IMG/VR virus record: IMGVR_UViG_3300025646_000032 | Span: 6,029 to 70,028 of that record | Source: a virus | Length of the DNA: 64,000 nt | Reading direction: 5' to 3' (one strand) | Shown here: one piece after another, positions 1 to 9,678 of the stretch | How positions within the stretch are numbered: the stretch's first letter is position 1 | Layout: each line of letters opens with the position of its first letter | Notes under the pieces: generated by a model | Told to the model about the DNA's origin: nothing | The model's input: the letters and a program-made list of their open reading frames with translations, nothing else | Database searches by the model: none | Made by a program: the position numbers and the translations under genes

Positions 1-2
1 TT

Positions 3-1241
3 ACCAGTAACATTACCTGTTAGGTTTGCTTCAACTGTTCCTGCTACAAATGTCTCTGAACCAATTGTCCACTTATCATTTGTTTCGTCCCACAAAAATG
101 TTTTGGCAGTTGACCCGCCTCTGCTGATGCTAATTCCAGCATCTTCTGTAGGTGAACCAGATGTAAAGTTACTGTTTAAAACAATAGTGTTGTCTGCTAA
201 ATTAATAGTCTCAGAGTTAACTGTAGTGGTTGTACCGCCTACTGTTAGGTTACCTGTGATGTTGATGTCGTCATTAACAGTTACATTACCTGTACCGTTA
301 CCACTTAATACTAGGTTAGTATCAGTAGATTTGGTTGTAATCTGATCAACTTTAATGTTGTTAGCAAATGTAATATCGTTTCCTGCACTGTTTGTAATGT
401 TTTGCCCATCTTCAATTTGAAGTGTACCTTTAACTTGAACAGTACCTGTACCTGTAGGATCAAGTTCAATGTCACCAGATCCGCTAGTCTGTACAGCAAC
501 GTTTTGGTTAGAGTCTGCAGAAATTGTAATTGTACCTGAGTTATCGGATACAACCTGTTGTCCGTTAACATATAACGAACCAGGACCTACATAAATATCC
601 CTCCACTGTTTTGTAGAAGAACCTAAATCATAGGTAACGTCTGCTGAAGGAACAATACTGCCGTCTAGTACAGTAAGTAAGCTCTTAACTCTAGCATCTG
701 TGTAATATTGGTTTGTTGAACCTTCTGAAACATCATCTGTATCAGCAGCTGCTAGTTTCGTATCGAAATCAGCATTTGCTCTTGCAGTTGTGTAGTAAAG
801 ATTAGTACTTCCTTCTGAAACATCATCTGTATCAGCAGCGGCTAGTTTCGTATCGAAATCAGCATTTGCTCTAGCAGCTGTGTAGTAAAGATTAGTTGAA
901 CCTTCAGTTACATCATCTGTAGTACCAGATAATTCACTTAAAGCATCTTTACTTTGTACTTGGGTGTCTACATAGGATTTTGTTGCCATAGTATCAGTAT
1001 CTGCTGAAATTTCACCAGTACTGTTATTATAAGAAATACCTGTGCCTGAACTTAAACTGCTAAGTGTAATAGCGCTGGTATTAGATAAATCTGCTAGGGC
1101 AATTTCAAATCCACCTTGTGTAGAACCATCATGAACAACAAGGGTATCTTTAGTAGTATTAACAGTTATCTCACCTACTGCACCAGTAAATGATGAGTGT
1201 TCTGCTGTTGTTCCCCTTCTAAGTTGTAATATTGTTGGCAT
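3..1241 (-). CDS. Tail fibre-like virion protein, runs off the left edge; Mtd_N-like N-terminus and TDDVSEGSTNLYYT repeats
   Basis: Not in ORF track. ATG at 1241 preceded by GGAG; reads MPTILQLRRGTTAEHSSFTGAVGEITVNTTKDTLVVHDG, closely paralogous to the N-terminus of 1252..1476. Confidence 0.8.
   Translation of the reverse strand, partial: MPTILQLRRGTTAEHSSFTGAVGEITVNTTKDTLVVHDGSTQGGFEIALADLSNTSAITLSSLSSGTGISYNNSTGEISADTDTMATKSYVDTQVQSKDALSELSGTTDDVTEGSTNLYYTAARANADFDTKLAAADTDDVSEGSTNLYYTTARANADFDTKLAAADTDDVSEGSTNQYYTDARVKSLLTVLDGSIVPSADVTYDLGSSTKQWRDIYVGPGSLYVNGQQVVSDNSGTITISADSNQNVAVQTSGSGDIELDPTGTGTVQVKGTLQIEDGQNITNSAGNDITFANNIKVDQITTKSTDTNLVLSGNGTGNVTVNDDINITGNLTVGGTTTTVNSETINLADNTIVLNSNFTSGSPTEDAGISISRGGSTAKTFLWDETNDKWTIGSETFVAGTVEANLTGNVTG
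721..920. repeat. 90-bp period tandem repeat inside the tail fibre gene
   Basis: 721-810 and 811-900 are nearly identical, with a partial third unit; encodes TDDVSEGSTNLYYTxARANADFDTKLAAA. Confidence 0.85.
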
Positions 1242-1251
1242 ATTTTATCTC

Positions 1252-1476
1252 CTAGTATGTCCCACCATCAAGAGCGTCAACTTGGGAACCTGGCACTACC
1301 GCGCTAACTGGTAAATTATCTAAGTCTGCTCTTAAAATTTCGTATCCCCCTTGTGTTGTTCCATCATGAAGAACAAGGGTGTTTTTTGTTGTGTTTACGG
1401 TAATTTCTGCTTCAGCACCAGTAAATGATGCGTGCTGAGTAGTTGTACCGCGTCTAAGTTTAACTCTCGCTGCCAT
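1252..1476 (-). CDS. Small Mtd_N-like virion/fibre protein ending LDGGTY
   Basis: RRGTT..FTGAEAEITVNT..LHDG motif. Confidence 0.75.
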   Translation of the reverse strand: MAARVKLRRGTTTQHASFTGAEAEITVNTTKNTLVLHDGTTQGGYEILRADLDNLPVSAVVPGSQVDALDGGTY

Positions 1477-1832
1477 TAGGTTAACCCTCCGTAATCTACG
1501 CTGTTATAACCAATGACTGTATCAGTAATGAGGCCATAATCTAAGTCAGCTGTTTGTGTACATCTGACAATAGCTGTTCCTGGACTACTTGTAGTATCTA
1601 CTGTAAAGTTTCCAAATGTTGTATCCAAAAAGGATATATTGGAAACATCAGCACTAGTAGAACCATCATTCACAGCAACACCACCGCCTATCGCTTGGAT
1701 AGCATCACTTGAGTCTCTTACATACAGCTTTTTATCTGCTGTATTAATAGCAATCTCACCTACTGCTAGATCACTAGTTGTAGGTACTGAGCTCGCTGTT
1801 TCCGATCTCTTCGGCTTGATTGTTATCGCCAT
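1476..1832 (-). CDS. Small Mtd_N-like virion/fibre protein
   Basis: IKPKRS..PTTSDLAVGEIAINTADKKLY fibre attachment-type motif; C-terminal DYG motifs. Confidence 0.75.
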   Translation of the reverse strand: MAITIKPKRSETASSVPTTSDLAVGEIAINTADKKLYVRDSSDAIQAIGGGVAVNDGSTSADVSNISFLDTTFGNFTVDTTSSPGTAIVRCTQTADLDYGLITDTVIGYNSVDYGGLT

Positions 1833-2298
1833 TTAAATTCTCCTGTTCTTTATTAGTGTACTCTGCTAACTGTTTTTTCAAGGAGTCAATTTTCTTATCA
1901 GCCTGTGAAAGTTCTTTCACTAAAATATCATTAGAGGTTTTAAGTTTGTCGTCTATTAAAACTTCTTTAGGCTCGGCATTTTTCAATTCTTTAATTGCTT
2001 GCTTCGCCTTTTGTAATTCTTGTTTTAACATATCGTTCTCATTTTCTAAAAATGCGTTAGTTTCAACCAATCCTGAAACATCATCTGCACTTTTAGAGTT
2101 TTTTTCCTCTTGTTGATCTTCAAAACTTTGTCTTAAAGTAACAATATATTCTTCCAACTCTTTAACTTGTTTATTAGCAAGTTTAAGTTTAGCTTCTAAC
2201 AAAACTCCATCCATTGTTTTATCAGTTAACTTTTTTGATAAACTTTGAATGTATTCATTAATTAAAGCATCATTTTGTTGTGTATTTGTATCCATCAT
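1774..2298 (-). CDS. Coiled-coil hypothetical protein
   Basis: 174 aa, E/K/L-rich heptads, GAGG RBS. Confidence 0.7.
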   Translation of the reverse strand: MMDTNTQQNDALINEYIQSLSKKLTDKTMDGVLLEAKLKLANKQVKELEEYIVTLRQSFEDQQEEKNSKSADDVSGLVETNAFLENENDMLKQELQKAKQAIKELKNAEPKEVLIDDKLKTSNDILVKELSQADKKIDSLKKQLAEYTNKEQENLNGDNNQAEEIGNSELSTYN

Positions 2299-2311
2299 TC
2301 CACCTCAGTGT

Positions 2312-2333
2312 AAGGGGGCCGAAGCCCCCCTTT
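2312..2333 (-). terminator. GC hairpin with C(UUCG)G tetraloop after the fibre gene
   Basis: GGGGGC-TTCG-GCCCCC on the minus strand just after the stop at 2343; weak U tract. Confidence 0.65.
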
Positions 2334-2342
2334 AATTATCAA

Positions 2343-3833
2343 TTAGTAAGTTCCACCGTCTAAAGTAGATGCCCATTCTGGTGTTCCGTTGTTAGAAACA
2401 AGGAAAGTACCGTCGGCACCCGCTGCTGTTACTTGTAAAGCACCTGTTCCGTTACCATACACAATACCGTTAGCTGTAAAGCTACCAGCACCTGTACCAC
2501 CGTCAGCTACTGCAATAGCAGCAGATAGGCCGGAAACTGTACCGCCTGATAATGAACCAGTTACGTCACCAGTTATATCACCGGTGATATTACCTGTTAC
2601 ATTACCTTCTACGTTTGCTACCATAGTAGCTACTGCATAACCTGTTGCAGCAGTGTCTACAGTTGTAGTAGGAGCAGATTGGGAGTCCTTAAAGAGCTTC
2701 CACTTGCCGTCGTTTGCGTCTCGGAATAAACCAGCGTATAGGTCTTGTGAGCCACTTGTGTCATAAAGACCAAAGAAACCAATGTCTACTGCATCTGAGC
2801 TATTGTTGCCAGAAGCTAGTTGGAACAATGGATCGCTTACTGTTAAGTTTGTGGTGTCAACTTGTGTAGTAGTACCAGCTACTGTTAAGTTACCAGAAAC
2901 AGTTAGGTTACCACCAATTGTTGGGTTAGTAACAAGGCCAACTGCTACTTGGTTACCAGAAACAGTAACTTCAGTTTCGTTAGTTGTACCAGCAAATGTA
3001 AGAGTTTCACCACCGTTAACTGTATCGGTGTTTGAACCATCTGAAATATCAAATGATGTAGCAATTGCTGCTGTAGAAGCTGCTGTAATTCTACCTTGTG
3101 CGTCAACTGTAATAACAGGAATCGCTGTTGTAGAACCATAAGAATCAGCAGTAACACCAGAAGCAGGCATGCTAATTTCTCCGCCTGACTTGCTAAGTGT
3201 TGAGTCTACTGAAATAGCACCTTGTGCTCTTGCATCTGTAAAGTAAAGGTTAGAAGAACCTTCGCCTAAATCATCGGTATCAAATGCTGACATATCAACG
3301 TTAAGTGTAACGTCTCCTGATGTGCCGCCACCTGTTAAACCTGTACCCGCTACAACGCTCTCAATGTCACCAGCGTCGTTTGTGAAGCTAATAACACCAG
3401 TTGAAGAGTCGTAACTTAAATCACCACTTACACTAATTGAGCTTCTTGCTCTTGCGTCTGTAAAGTAAAGGTTAGAAGCACCTTCAGATACATCGTCTGT
3501 GTCGTGGTTGCTAATGTCACTAACTGTACCAGTTACATCACCGGTTAAGTTAGCAGTAATTGTGCCTGCTGTAAAGTTGCCTGAGGAATCCCTCTTAACA
3601 ATAGCAGAGGCTGTGTTGGAGTTTGTAGCTCCATCAACAAGATCAGTGTAGTATTTACCGCCTACTTTCTGAATAACCGCTGTGCCGTTTGAGTCCTTGG
3701 ACTCAATGTACATAATAGCACTTGCACCGTCATTGGCTGCATCTTGGCTATACGCTAATTCGGCTTCGGCTAGATCAGTTGTTGTAGGTGCGGCTACACC
3801 ACTAGATCTTTTAATCTGAATAACTGTCGCCAT
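2343..3833 (-). CDS. Tail fibre-like virion protein ending LDGGTY
   Basis: Mtd_N-like start, TDDVSEGASNLYFT repeats, G(D/N)VT repeats. Confidence 0.8.
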   Translation of the reverse strand: MATVIQIKRSSGVAAPTTTDLAEAELAYSQDAANDGASAIMYIESKDSNGTAVIQKVGGKYYTDLVDGATNSNTASAIVKRDSSGNFTAGTITANLTGDVTGTVSDISNHDTDDVSEGASNLYFTDARARSSISVSGDLSYDSSTGVISFTNDAGDIESVVAGTGLTGGGTSGDVTLNVDMSAFDTDDLGEGSSNLYFTDARAQGAISVDSTLSKSGGEISMPASGVTADSYGSTTAIPVITVDAQGRITAASTAAIATSFDISDGSNTDTVNGGETLTFAGTTNETEVTVSGNQVAVGLVTNPTIGGNLTVSGNLTVAGTTTQVDTTNLTVSDPLFQLASGNNSSDAVDIGFFGLYDTSGSQDLYAGLFRDANDGKWKLFKDSQSAPTTTVDTAATGYAVATMVANVEGNVTGNITGDITGDVTGSLSGGTVSGLSAAIAVADGGTGAGSFTANGIVYGNGTGALQVTAAGADGTFLVSNNGTPEWASTLDGGTY

Positions 3834-3907
3834 TTATTTTTCTCCTAAATATTTAGATTTTATTTTTTAGTAATAACCAAGATCATCAATTTTTATTTTT
3901 TATAAAA

Positions 3908-4147
3908 CTAGTATGTTCCGCCGTCTAAATTTTGTATATTTTCTGACGAAATTGCTAAACCAGAAACAGGAGTTGCCTCCCATTTACCAGTATCGGCATT
4001 ATATGTAAATGTGTAACCGTCTTGTGCACCTTCTAAATCAACATTAGCCAAACCTTCTAATTTTGTTGCTGTTTGAACTTTAGATGTTGATGTTGTCGTT
4101 GTTACAACGCCACCACTCCTGGTAGGAATCGTTACTTTAATCGCCAT
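3908..4147 (-). CDS. Small virion accessory protein ending LDGGTY
   Basis: L..L.NVD...AQDG..F.YNA.TGKWEA fibre-type motif. Confidence 0.7.
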   Translation of the reverse strand: MAIKVTIPTRSGGVVTTTTSTSKVQTATKLEGLANVDLEGAQDGYTFTYNADTGKWEATPVSGLAISSENIQNLDGGTY

Positions 4148-4473
4148 TATCGTGTTACCTCTGGAGTTACTGTTATAATGCCTTCCAAAACTCGAAGTGT
4201 TTCTGCTGAGGACTCTATCTCAACATCATAAACATATCTGCCAGCTTTAAGGCTGGAGGTTTGTGCTGCAGTCAAAGAAATTGTCAACTCTCCTGTTAAA
4301 TTCACTTTCGAGGTTGTAAAACTTGTATAAGTATTAGTATAATAACTTTTTCGTAACTGAGCTCTTGCCGTATAATCAGACAGATCTTTTGCAGATCCGT
4401 CATCATTGGAAAGGTTTATTGATGTGGAAAATGTTGTTCCTTGATCAATAACAATGTTCGCTACAGTTGCCAT
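4147..4473 (-). CDS. Small Ig-like/BppU-like virion structural protein
   Basis: IDQGTTFS..ARAQLRKSY..GRYVYDVEI..RVLEGIITVTPEVT pattern typical of T4-like marine phages; late promoter upstream. Confidence 0.75.
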   Translation of the reverse strand: MATVANIVIDQGTTFSTSINLSNDDGSAKDLSDYTARAQLRKSYYTNTYTSFTTSKVNLTGELTISLTAAQTSSLKAGRYVYDVEIESSAETLRVLEGIITVTPEVTR

Positions 4474-4496
4474 TAGTGATTATCCTCTTACTCTGT

Positions 4497-4504
4497 TATT
4501 TATA
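4497..4504 (-). promoter_or_regulatory. T4-type late promoter TATAAATA
   Basis: Exact match upstream of the fibre operon. Confidence 0.7.
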
Positions 4505-4511
4505 AAAATTA

Positions 4512-5171
4512 TTGGCTCTAATGAAAACAATTTTAACATTAAAATACGGTAACAAATACCCAGCGAACGCTGTCAATTCTATTTATGAAAAGACAAACGG
4601 CAAGTACAATTATGTTTGTGTAACTGACAATCCTGCTGGTTTGAACAAAAATATTAAAATTATTAATATGGATTGGGAGCCTGAAGGACACTGGGAAAAG
4701 ATTAAACTACTAAGATATAATGATCTGGGTTCTGTTCTTTATATGGATTTAGATACAATTATACAAAAAAACATGGATCACATGTGGAATTATCTTGACA
4801 AACATCCAGTTATTTGTTATACTTATTGGAAACATAAGGACTTTCCTTTTTTAAAATCAAAGGATTGGTCTTATAACTATCTCAGTAACTATAATTCTAG
4901 TGTTATGCTTTGGAAAGACGCATCTCACATATATAATTACTGGAGAGAGAATGCAGACTATTACATGGTAAAGTATGCAGGAGATGATAGATTTCTTTTT
5001 CATGAAGATTTTACATTTGATCTTTTTCCTGAACAAGAAATATATTCATTTAAATTTTCCGGCGGTGAGTATAAAGAAAATTATACAATCGCCTTACTTA
5101 ATGGACAAGAAGACTTTCCTAACTTAGCAGATGAATATAATAGGAGTATGTTATGGAAGCAAGAACAGTAA
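4512..5171 (+). CDS. Glycosyltransferase-like protein (GT-A/GT8-like), paralog 1
   Basis: LKYGNKY, YMDLD (DxD), YNSSVM, GDD motifs; start probably ATG 4521. Confidence 0.7.
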   Translation: MALMKTILTLKYGNKYPANAVNSIYEKTNGKYNYVCVTDNPAGLNKNIKIINMDWEPEGHWEKIKLLRYNDLGSVLYMDLDTIIQKNMDHMWNYLDKHPVICYTYWKHKDFPFLKSKDWSYNYLSNYNSSVMLWKDASHIYNYWRENADYYMVKYAGDDRFLFHEDFTFDLFPEQEIYSFKFSGGEYKENYTIALLNGQEDFPNLADEYNRSMLWKQEQ

Positions 5172-5389
5172 GAAATGCAACCGCGTTTTTTAGCAGTTTT
5201 GACGAATGGGACAAGCAAGACACGAATCAAATTTTAGACAAACTAAGAGATGGAGAATTTGTTTCAATTGTAGTACAAGGACCCAGAGAAGAATTTGATA
5301 ACAAAGCAGCAAATATTTGCTCTGAACTAGTTAACTATGGATTAATGTATGGGAGAGACTACGTTATTCAAAATGTAGTAAATGATTAA
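5153..5389 (+). CDS. Hypothetical protein
   Basis: 78 aa ORF with GGAG RBS inside the GT operon. Confidence 0.6.
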   Translation: MEARTVRNATAFFSSFDEWDKQDTNQILDKLRDGEFVSIVVQGPREEFDNKAANICSELVNYGLMYGRDYVIQNVVND

Positions 5390-5398
5390 GTTCTTTAT

Positions 5399-6154
5399 AT
5401 GATGAATTTTGTTTGTATAAAATGGGGTACAAAATATACCGCTGAACATGTAAACAATCTCTATAAAATGGTTCAAAAAAACTATACAAGAGATTTTACA
5501 TTTACATGTTACACGGAAGAGCCTGAAGGATTAATTTGTGATAGTGCATATATTCCTGATGACGGCACACTCCATCCTAAATATTGGTTCAACAAGGAAA
5601 ACTATTGCTGGGATAGAGCGAAGTTTCTCGTATTTAATTCATACGAGTGGCTACACTATCCTGGCAAATGGTGTTACTTGGATTTAGATGTTGTTATACA
5701 AGGAAAAATAAATGATTTGGAGGTACTAGCTAACAAACCTCGCATAGTACACACCACCTGGCAAGATCCAAAACAAAAACACGACAGACTTTTTATTGAT
5801 ATGCGTGGTACTTTCTTTAACTCTAGTGTAATGTGCTGGAACGGAGAGCAATGTAAGCACATCTATCACGATGTTCTTATAAACGACAGAATGGTGTTTA
5901 CTACTTTTTATAAAGGCTCAGACAATTATCATTATTGGCGATATCGCGATTTTTGGAAAAACATACCTCTAGATTGGGTATATAGCTATAACAGAGGTAT
6001 GAAGTATCCAGAAGATATTGAGCCTTTTAAATTTAGACCTGAAGCAAAATTTTGTTTGTTTAATACTGATAATACGCCCGATCCTAAAGCTAAAGAACAA
6101 ATTAAGTTTGAAGACTTAAAAGATGAGAAGTTATTAAAACTATGGAGAGGATAA
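5399..6154 (+). CDS. Glycosyltransferase-like protein, paralog 2
   Basis: CIKWGTKY, YLDLDVVI, FNSSVM. Confidence 0.75.
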   Translation: MMNFVCIKWGTKYTAEHVNNLYKMVQKNYTRDFTFTCYTEEPEGLICDSAYIPDDGTLHPKYWFNKENYCWDRAKFLVFNSYEWLHYPGKWCYLDLDVVIQGKINDLEVLANKPRIVHTTWQDPKQKHDRLFIDMRGTFFNSSVMCWNGEQCKHIYHDVLINDRMVFTTFYKGSDNYHYWRYRDFWKNIPLDWVYSYNRGMKYPEDIEPFKFRPEAKFCLFNTDNTPDPKAKEQIKFEDLKDEKLLKLWRG

Positions 6155-6969
6155 GAGTAAATTATATTGTTTGTAAATGGGGTACCAAATACGGACCTCA
6201 CTTTGTAAACAAACTATATAATATGACAAAGAGGCATACGAATGATGAAAAATTTGATCACCATTTTTATTGCTACACTGAGCATCCTGATGGTTTGGAT
6301 GATAATGTTAAAGTTATCCCCTTTCCTGATATTCCCAATATCCATCCTAAATATTGGTTTGGTAGTGATAATTTCAAATATGGAATGGCAAGGTGTTGGG
6401 ACAGGCCAAAAACATTTGTATTTAATACGCACAATTTTGCTGACGACAAACCTACTGGCCGTTTTGTATTCCTTGACCTTGATGTAATTGTACAAAATGA
6501 TTTAGAACCAATCATTATGTATGACTTAGAACGTCCCACTAAACTTAGAAGTTGGTGGCAAGATCCACGTCCAATGAAAACAAGACAGTTTAAATTGGCA
6601 CATGGTGCATACACAAATGGCTCTTGTCAAGTTTGGGGAGACAATCAGGCAGAAGTTATTTGGAAAGATGTATTAGAGCATCAAGAAAGAATTTGGTTTA
6701 CTTTTACAGACGGTACAGATAACTATCATAGTTGGAGGTGGGGAGAGTTTAGTAATGATCCTCTTTGGGGACATTTTCCCAGCGAATTCGCATACTCTTT
6801 TAATAGAGGAAGAGATTGGGAAGCAGGGGACTTAGAAGTAGACAAGTATAGACCAGAACCTATACTTTGTGTTTTTAATATTGATTTACTTCCTTTTGAA
6901 GATTCGAGTAGAGGTAAAACAAAACAAGATGAGTTGGTAGATCCAGACTTATTGGAGCATTGGAAATGA
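6142..6969 (+). CDS. Glycosyltransferase-like protein, paralog 3
   Basis: VCKWGTKY, FLDLDVIV, TNGSC. Confidence 0.75.
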   Translation: MERIRVNYIVCKWGTKYGPHFVNKLYNMTKRHTNDEKFDHHFYCYTEHPDGLDDNVKVIPFPDIPNIHPKYWFGSDNFKYGMARCWDRPKTFVFNTHNFADDKPTGRFVFLDLDVIVQNDLEPIIMYDLERPTKLRSWWQDPRPMKTRQFKLAHGAYTNGSCQVWGDNQAEVIWKDVLEHQERIWFTFTDGTDNYHSWRWGEFSNDPLWGHFPSEFAYSFNRGRDWEAGDLEVDKYRPEPILCVFNIDLLPFEDSSRGKTKQDELVDPDLLEHWK

Positions 6970-7649
6970 TAAATATTTACACGGTGAAATGGGGTGAAAG
7001 ATATGGACCCGAATACGTTAACAGAATACATAATTTATGCAAAGAGCATATTACAGAAGAATTTGAGTTCTTCTGCCTCACAGAATTCCCGCACAACCTA
7101 AACGTAGACATTAATGTTATTCCTTTACCTGAAGGAAACTACTACGAAAAATGGTGGAATAAATTACATTTGTTTGATAATAAAATTGTAAGACAAAGAG
7201 GAGAAAAACTTTTCTTTGACTTAGATATTAAGATACAAAAAAATGTTGATTGTATTGTTAATCATGAATGTGATGATAGATTAGTTTTTGTGAGAACACA
7301 TTGGCACAATCTTAAAAAAATGAAAACAGACGTAAAGGATATTCCATGGGCATACACTGAACTAAACTCTAGTGTATTGAGATGGAATGACAGTTTAGAT
7401 ACAAAGAAAATTACAAAATTTGTTCAAGACTATCCTACACAGATGTTTTATTATTATCGAGGCCTAGATAATTTATTTGGGCATCAAAGGGAACGATTAT
7501 TAAAATTAGACTATTTTCCAGATGGTTGGGTATATAGTTATAATAATGGTTATATGTGGCCTACAGATGTAAGACAGTTTGTAGAAAGAAAAGAGCCTTT
7601 AATTTGTCTATATGATTCAATGGAGAGACCAGAAGATGTTAAGTTATAA
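6966..7649 (+). CDS. Glycosyltransferase-like protein, paralog 4
   Basis: TVKWGERY, WWNKLHLF, FFDLDI, LNSSVL. Confidence 0.75.
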   Translation: MINIYTVKWGERYGPEYVNRIHNLCKEHITEEFEFFCLTEFPHNLNVDINVIPLPEGNYYEKWWNKLHLFDNKIVRQRGEKLFFDLDIKIQKNVDCIVNHECDDRLVFVRTHWHNLKKMKTDVKDIPWAYTELNSSVLRWNDSLDTKKITKFVQDYPTQMFYYYRGLDNLFGHQRERLLKLDYFPDGWVYSYNNGYMWPTDVRQFVERKEPLICLYDSMERPEDVKL

Positions 7650-8289
7650 CTTCTTAAACAATTATAAAAACTGGGGTGATGCGTTAGATAAAATTCATTA
7701 CGAAATGCCCTACAAAGACGAAGACTTTCGTAAGTCTTTAAATCCAAATTCTATGGAAGCCGCTATTTGGTTAGTAGAAAAACTTGATGAGTTTTTAGAT
7801 AAGAGAAAACTTACAATTACAGTTCTCAATTCTTGGTTAGGGTTTCCTTTAGTGCCTTTACTTTGCGAAAATTTATTTGTAAAGAAATTAAATCTTATTG
7901 ATGTAGATAAAGATGCATTAGAATTATCTAAAGTATTTAATAGACATTATAGTGAAAACGGTGTGGAAATTAACCACATTAATTGGGACGTACCTTTTGC
8001 TTTTCATGACATTAATGCACTACAATCCGATATTTTAATCTCTATGTGTGCAGAAACAATGTACCCCTTAAAAGAACTAACAACCGCTAACCCAGAGTGT
8101 ATTTTTGCTGTACAAAATTCTAACGTTATTAAAGAAATGTATGGTATTAATTGTGTAGATAGTATACCAGCTCATTTAGAAAATACTGGTATTAAGTATC
8201 CTCTCTATAGTGGTAGTATAAAACAAAAATACTGGACGTTTGATGGACTAAATGAATTTGAACGTTTTATGGTTATTGGAACGAAGTAG
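7636..8289 (+). CDS. Class I SAM methyltransferase-like protein (degenerate motif I)
   Basis: Paralogous to 56497..57096 (IDVD, CAE, QNSN, RFMVIGTK). Confidence 0.55.
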   Translation: MLSYNFLNNYKNWGDALDKIHYEMPYKDEDFRKSLNPNSMEAAIWLVEKLDEFLDKRKLTITVLNSWLGFPLVPLLCENLFVKKLNLIDVDKDALELSKVFNRHYSENGVEINHINWDVPFAFHDINALQSDILISMCAETMYPLKELTTANPECIFAVQNSNVIKEMYGINCVDSIPAHLENTGIKYPLYSGSIKQKYWTFDGLNEFERFMVIGTK

Positions 8290-8923
8290 CATCTTCTCCA
8301 GAGATATCTTCAATCATATTTCTCCAGATTTCCAAATGAGGAATAACAAACCCTAAGGTTAAACGATCTTCGTAAGAGCCAGCACAATGATAATAAACTT
8401 TGTCTGGCTCTCTTCCTTTTCCGTAGTATCCTACTTTACAAGACCAACCAGGCTTATCTTTCATTTCTACTATCTCATGTGTAATTGGATCTCTGTATTT
8501 AAAAAATCCATTACCCCTTTTTGTGTATGATAAAAGAATGTTGTAACCAGAAGCATTCCAGTTATTGTGCCAGCTCATAAATCCCCCTTCAGGATAATAA
8601 ACTTGCACTGCTTGATTTCGTGCACCTAAATAAGAACAAAGTTCTTTATTAAGTATTTGACATTCTCTTCTATGATGTTCCGGCGCTCGGCCGTCCATTA
8701 AAATATCAATAGAGTTTGTGTGTTCAGGATAGCCAATATGCTCTCCGTCTTTTTTCACAATCATATCTAAATATGCGTTATCACAACCAGTAATTACATT
8801 GTACCCACCCGCTCGGTTATGATCAATAGCCTGTTTTAAATCCGTCAAGTCTTGATTAAAAAACCAATCAGTGTATGGTTGTAGTAAATCGGTTAGTTCT
8901 TGACTAACATTAATCCATCTCAT
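8273..8923 (-). CDS. 2OG-Fe(II) oxygenase/cupin-like protein
   Basis: YYPEGGFMSWHNN ... YHCA..DRLTLGF (H, distal H, R pattern). Confidence 0.6.
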   Translation of the reverse strand: MRWINVSQELTDLLQPYTDWFFNQDLTDLKQAIDHNRAGGYNVITGCDNAYLDMIVKKDGEHIGYPEHTNSIDILMDGRAPEHHRRECQILNKELCSYLGARNQAVQVYYPEGGFMSWHNNWNASGYNILLSYTKRGNGFFKYRDPITHEIVEMKDKPGWSCKVGYYGKGREPDKVYYHCAGSYEDRLTLGFVIPHLEIWRNMIEDISGEDATSFQ

Positions 8924-9678
8924 TCGTCAAGTTTCCATTCTGGTATAGTGTAATGATAAAGAACACGCTCCGATCCTTGTAGTTCTTCATCCCTATAGCC
9001 ATTTACAAAATTCCATCTTGCATCAGGATCTTTTACAAAGCCCCAGTTTACACCGTGATCGCTATACTCTAAAAGCCTCCACATTGTAAAAGTGTCCCAC
9101 TTAGTTGCATCCCTAGGATAATGTTCTAACTCATAATCTGGTTCTTGTTGACGATTATATTCTCCCCACCAAGAGCTCATTAGCTTAATAGTTTCAGGTT
9201 TGTCATTATAAATGAACCAGCCACAGTGTGCAGTCATTTCTTCAGTGTTAGAAAGTTTAGTTAACTTGGCATTGTATGGACGGATCTTTGTAAACACTAG
9301 ATCTTTATCTTCCAATAGATCAAAAATGTTTTCAATATCCTCATGTTCGCAATACATATCGCAATCTAAATAACAAGTTGTTTTGTATGGAGTATGTTGC
9401 AACGCCCAAAGTTTAGCTCGGAGATGTGATGGCACTTCCCAAGTAATAACATTTTCAAATAACTGATAGTCGCCTGTACCTAAAGAACACTCATCGCTCT
9501 TTTGATCAATCCAACGTTCTTCTGTAAACAATGTGATTCTTGCATCAGGCCAAAAGTCTAGAATAGACTCTGCAAGTTTAACAGCGGCTTTATAGTAACC
9601 TACTCTTTTTGTTGCTACTAATAAAAAACCTTTTCCTTCTCTTACGACTTCCTTACTTTTTCTTTTTGGCATTATCAA
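8920..9678 (-). CDS. Glycosyltransferase-like protein (GT-A)
   Basis: AKLWAL..TPY..TCYLDCD DxD motif. Confidence 0.65.
   Translation of the reverse strand: MIMPKRKSKEVVREGKGFLLVATKRVGYYKAAVKLAESILDFWPDARITLFTEERWIDQKSDECSLGTGDYQLFENVITWEVPSHLRAKLWALQHTPYKTTCYLDCDMYCEHEDIENIFDLLEDKDLVFTKIRPYNAKLTKLSNTEEMTAHCGWFIYNDKPETIKLMSSWWGEYNRQQEPDYELEHYPRDATKWDTFTMWRLLEYSDHGVNWGFVKDPDARWNFVNGYRDEELQGSERVLYHYTIPEWKLDE

Noticed and set aside
1-3833. Diversity-generating retroelement suggested by Mtd_N-like domains
   Set aside because: No reverse transcriptase and no adenine-variable template/variable repeat pair seen in the window
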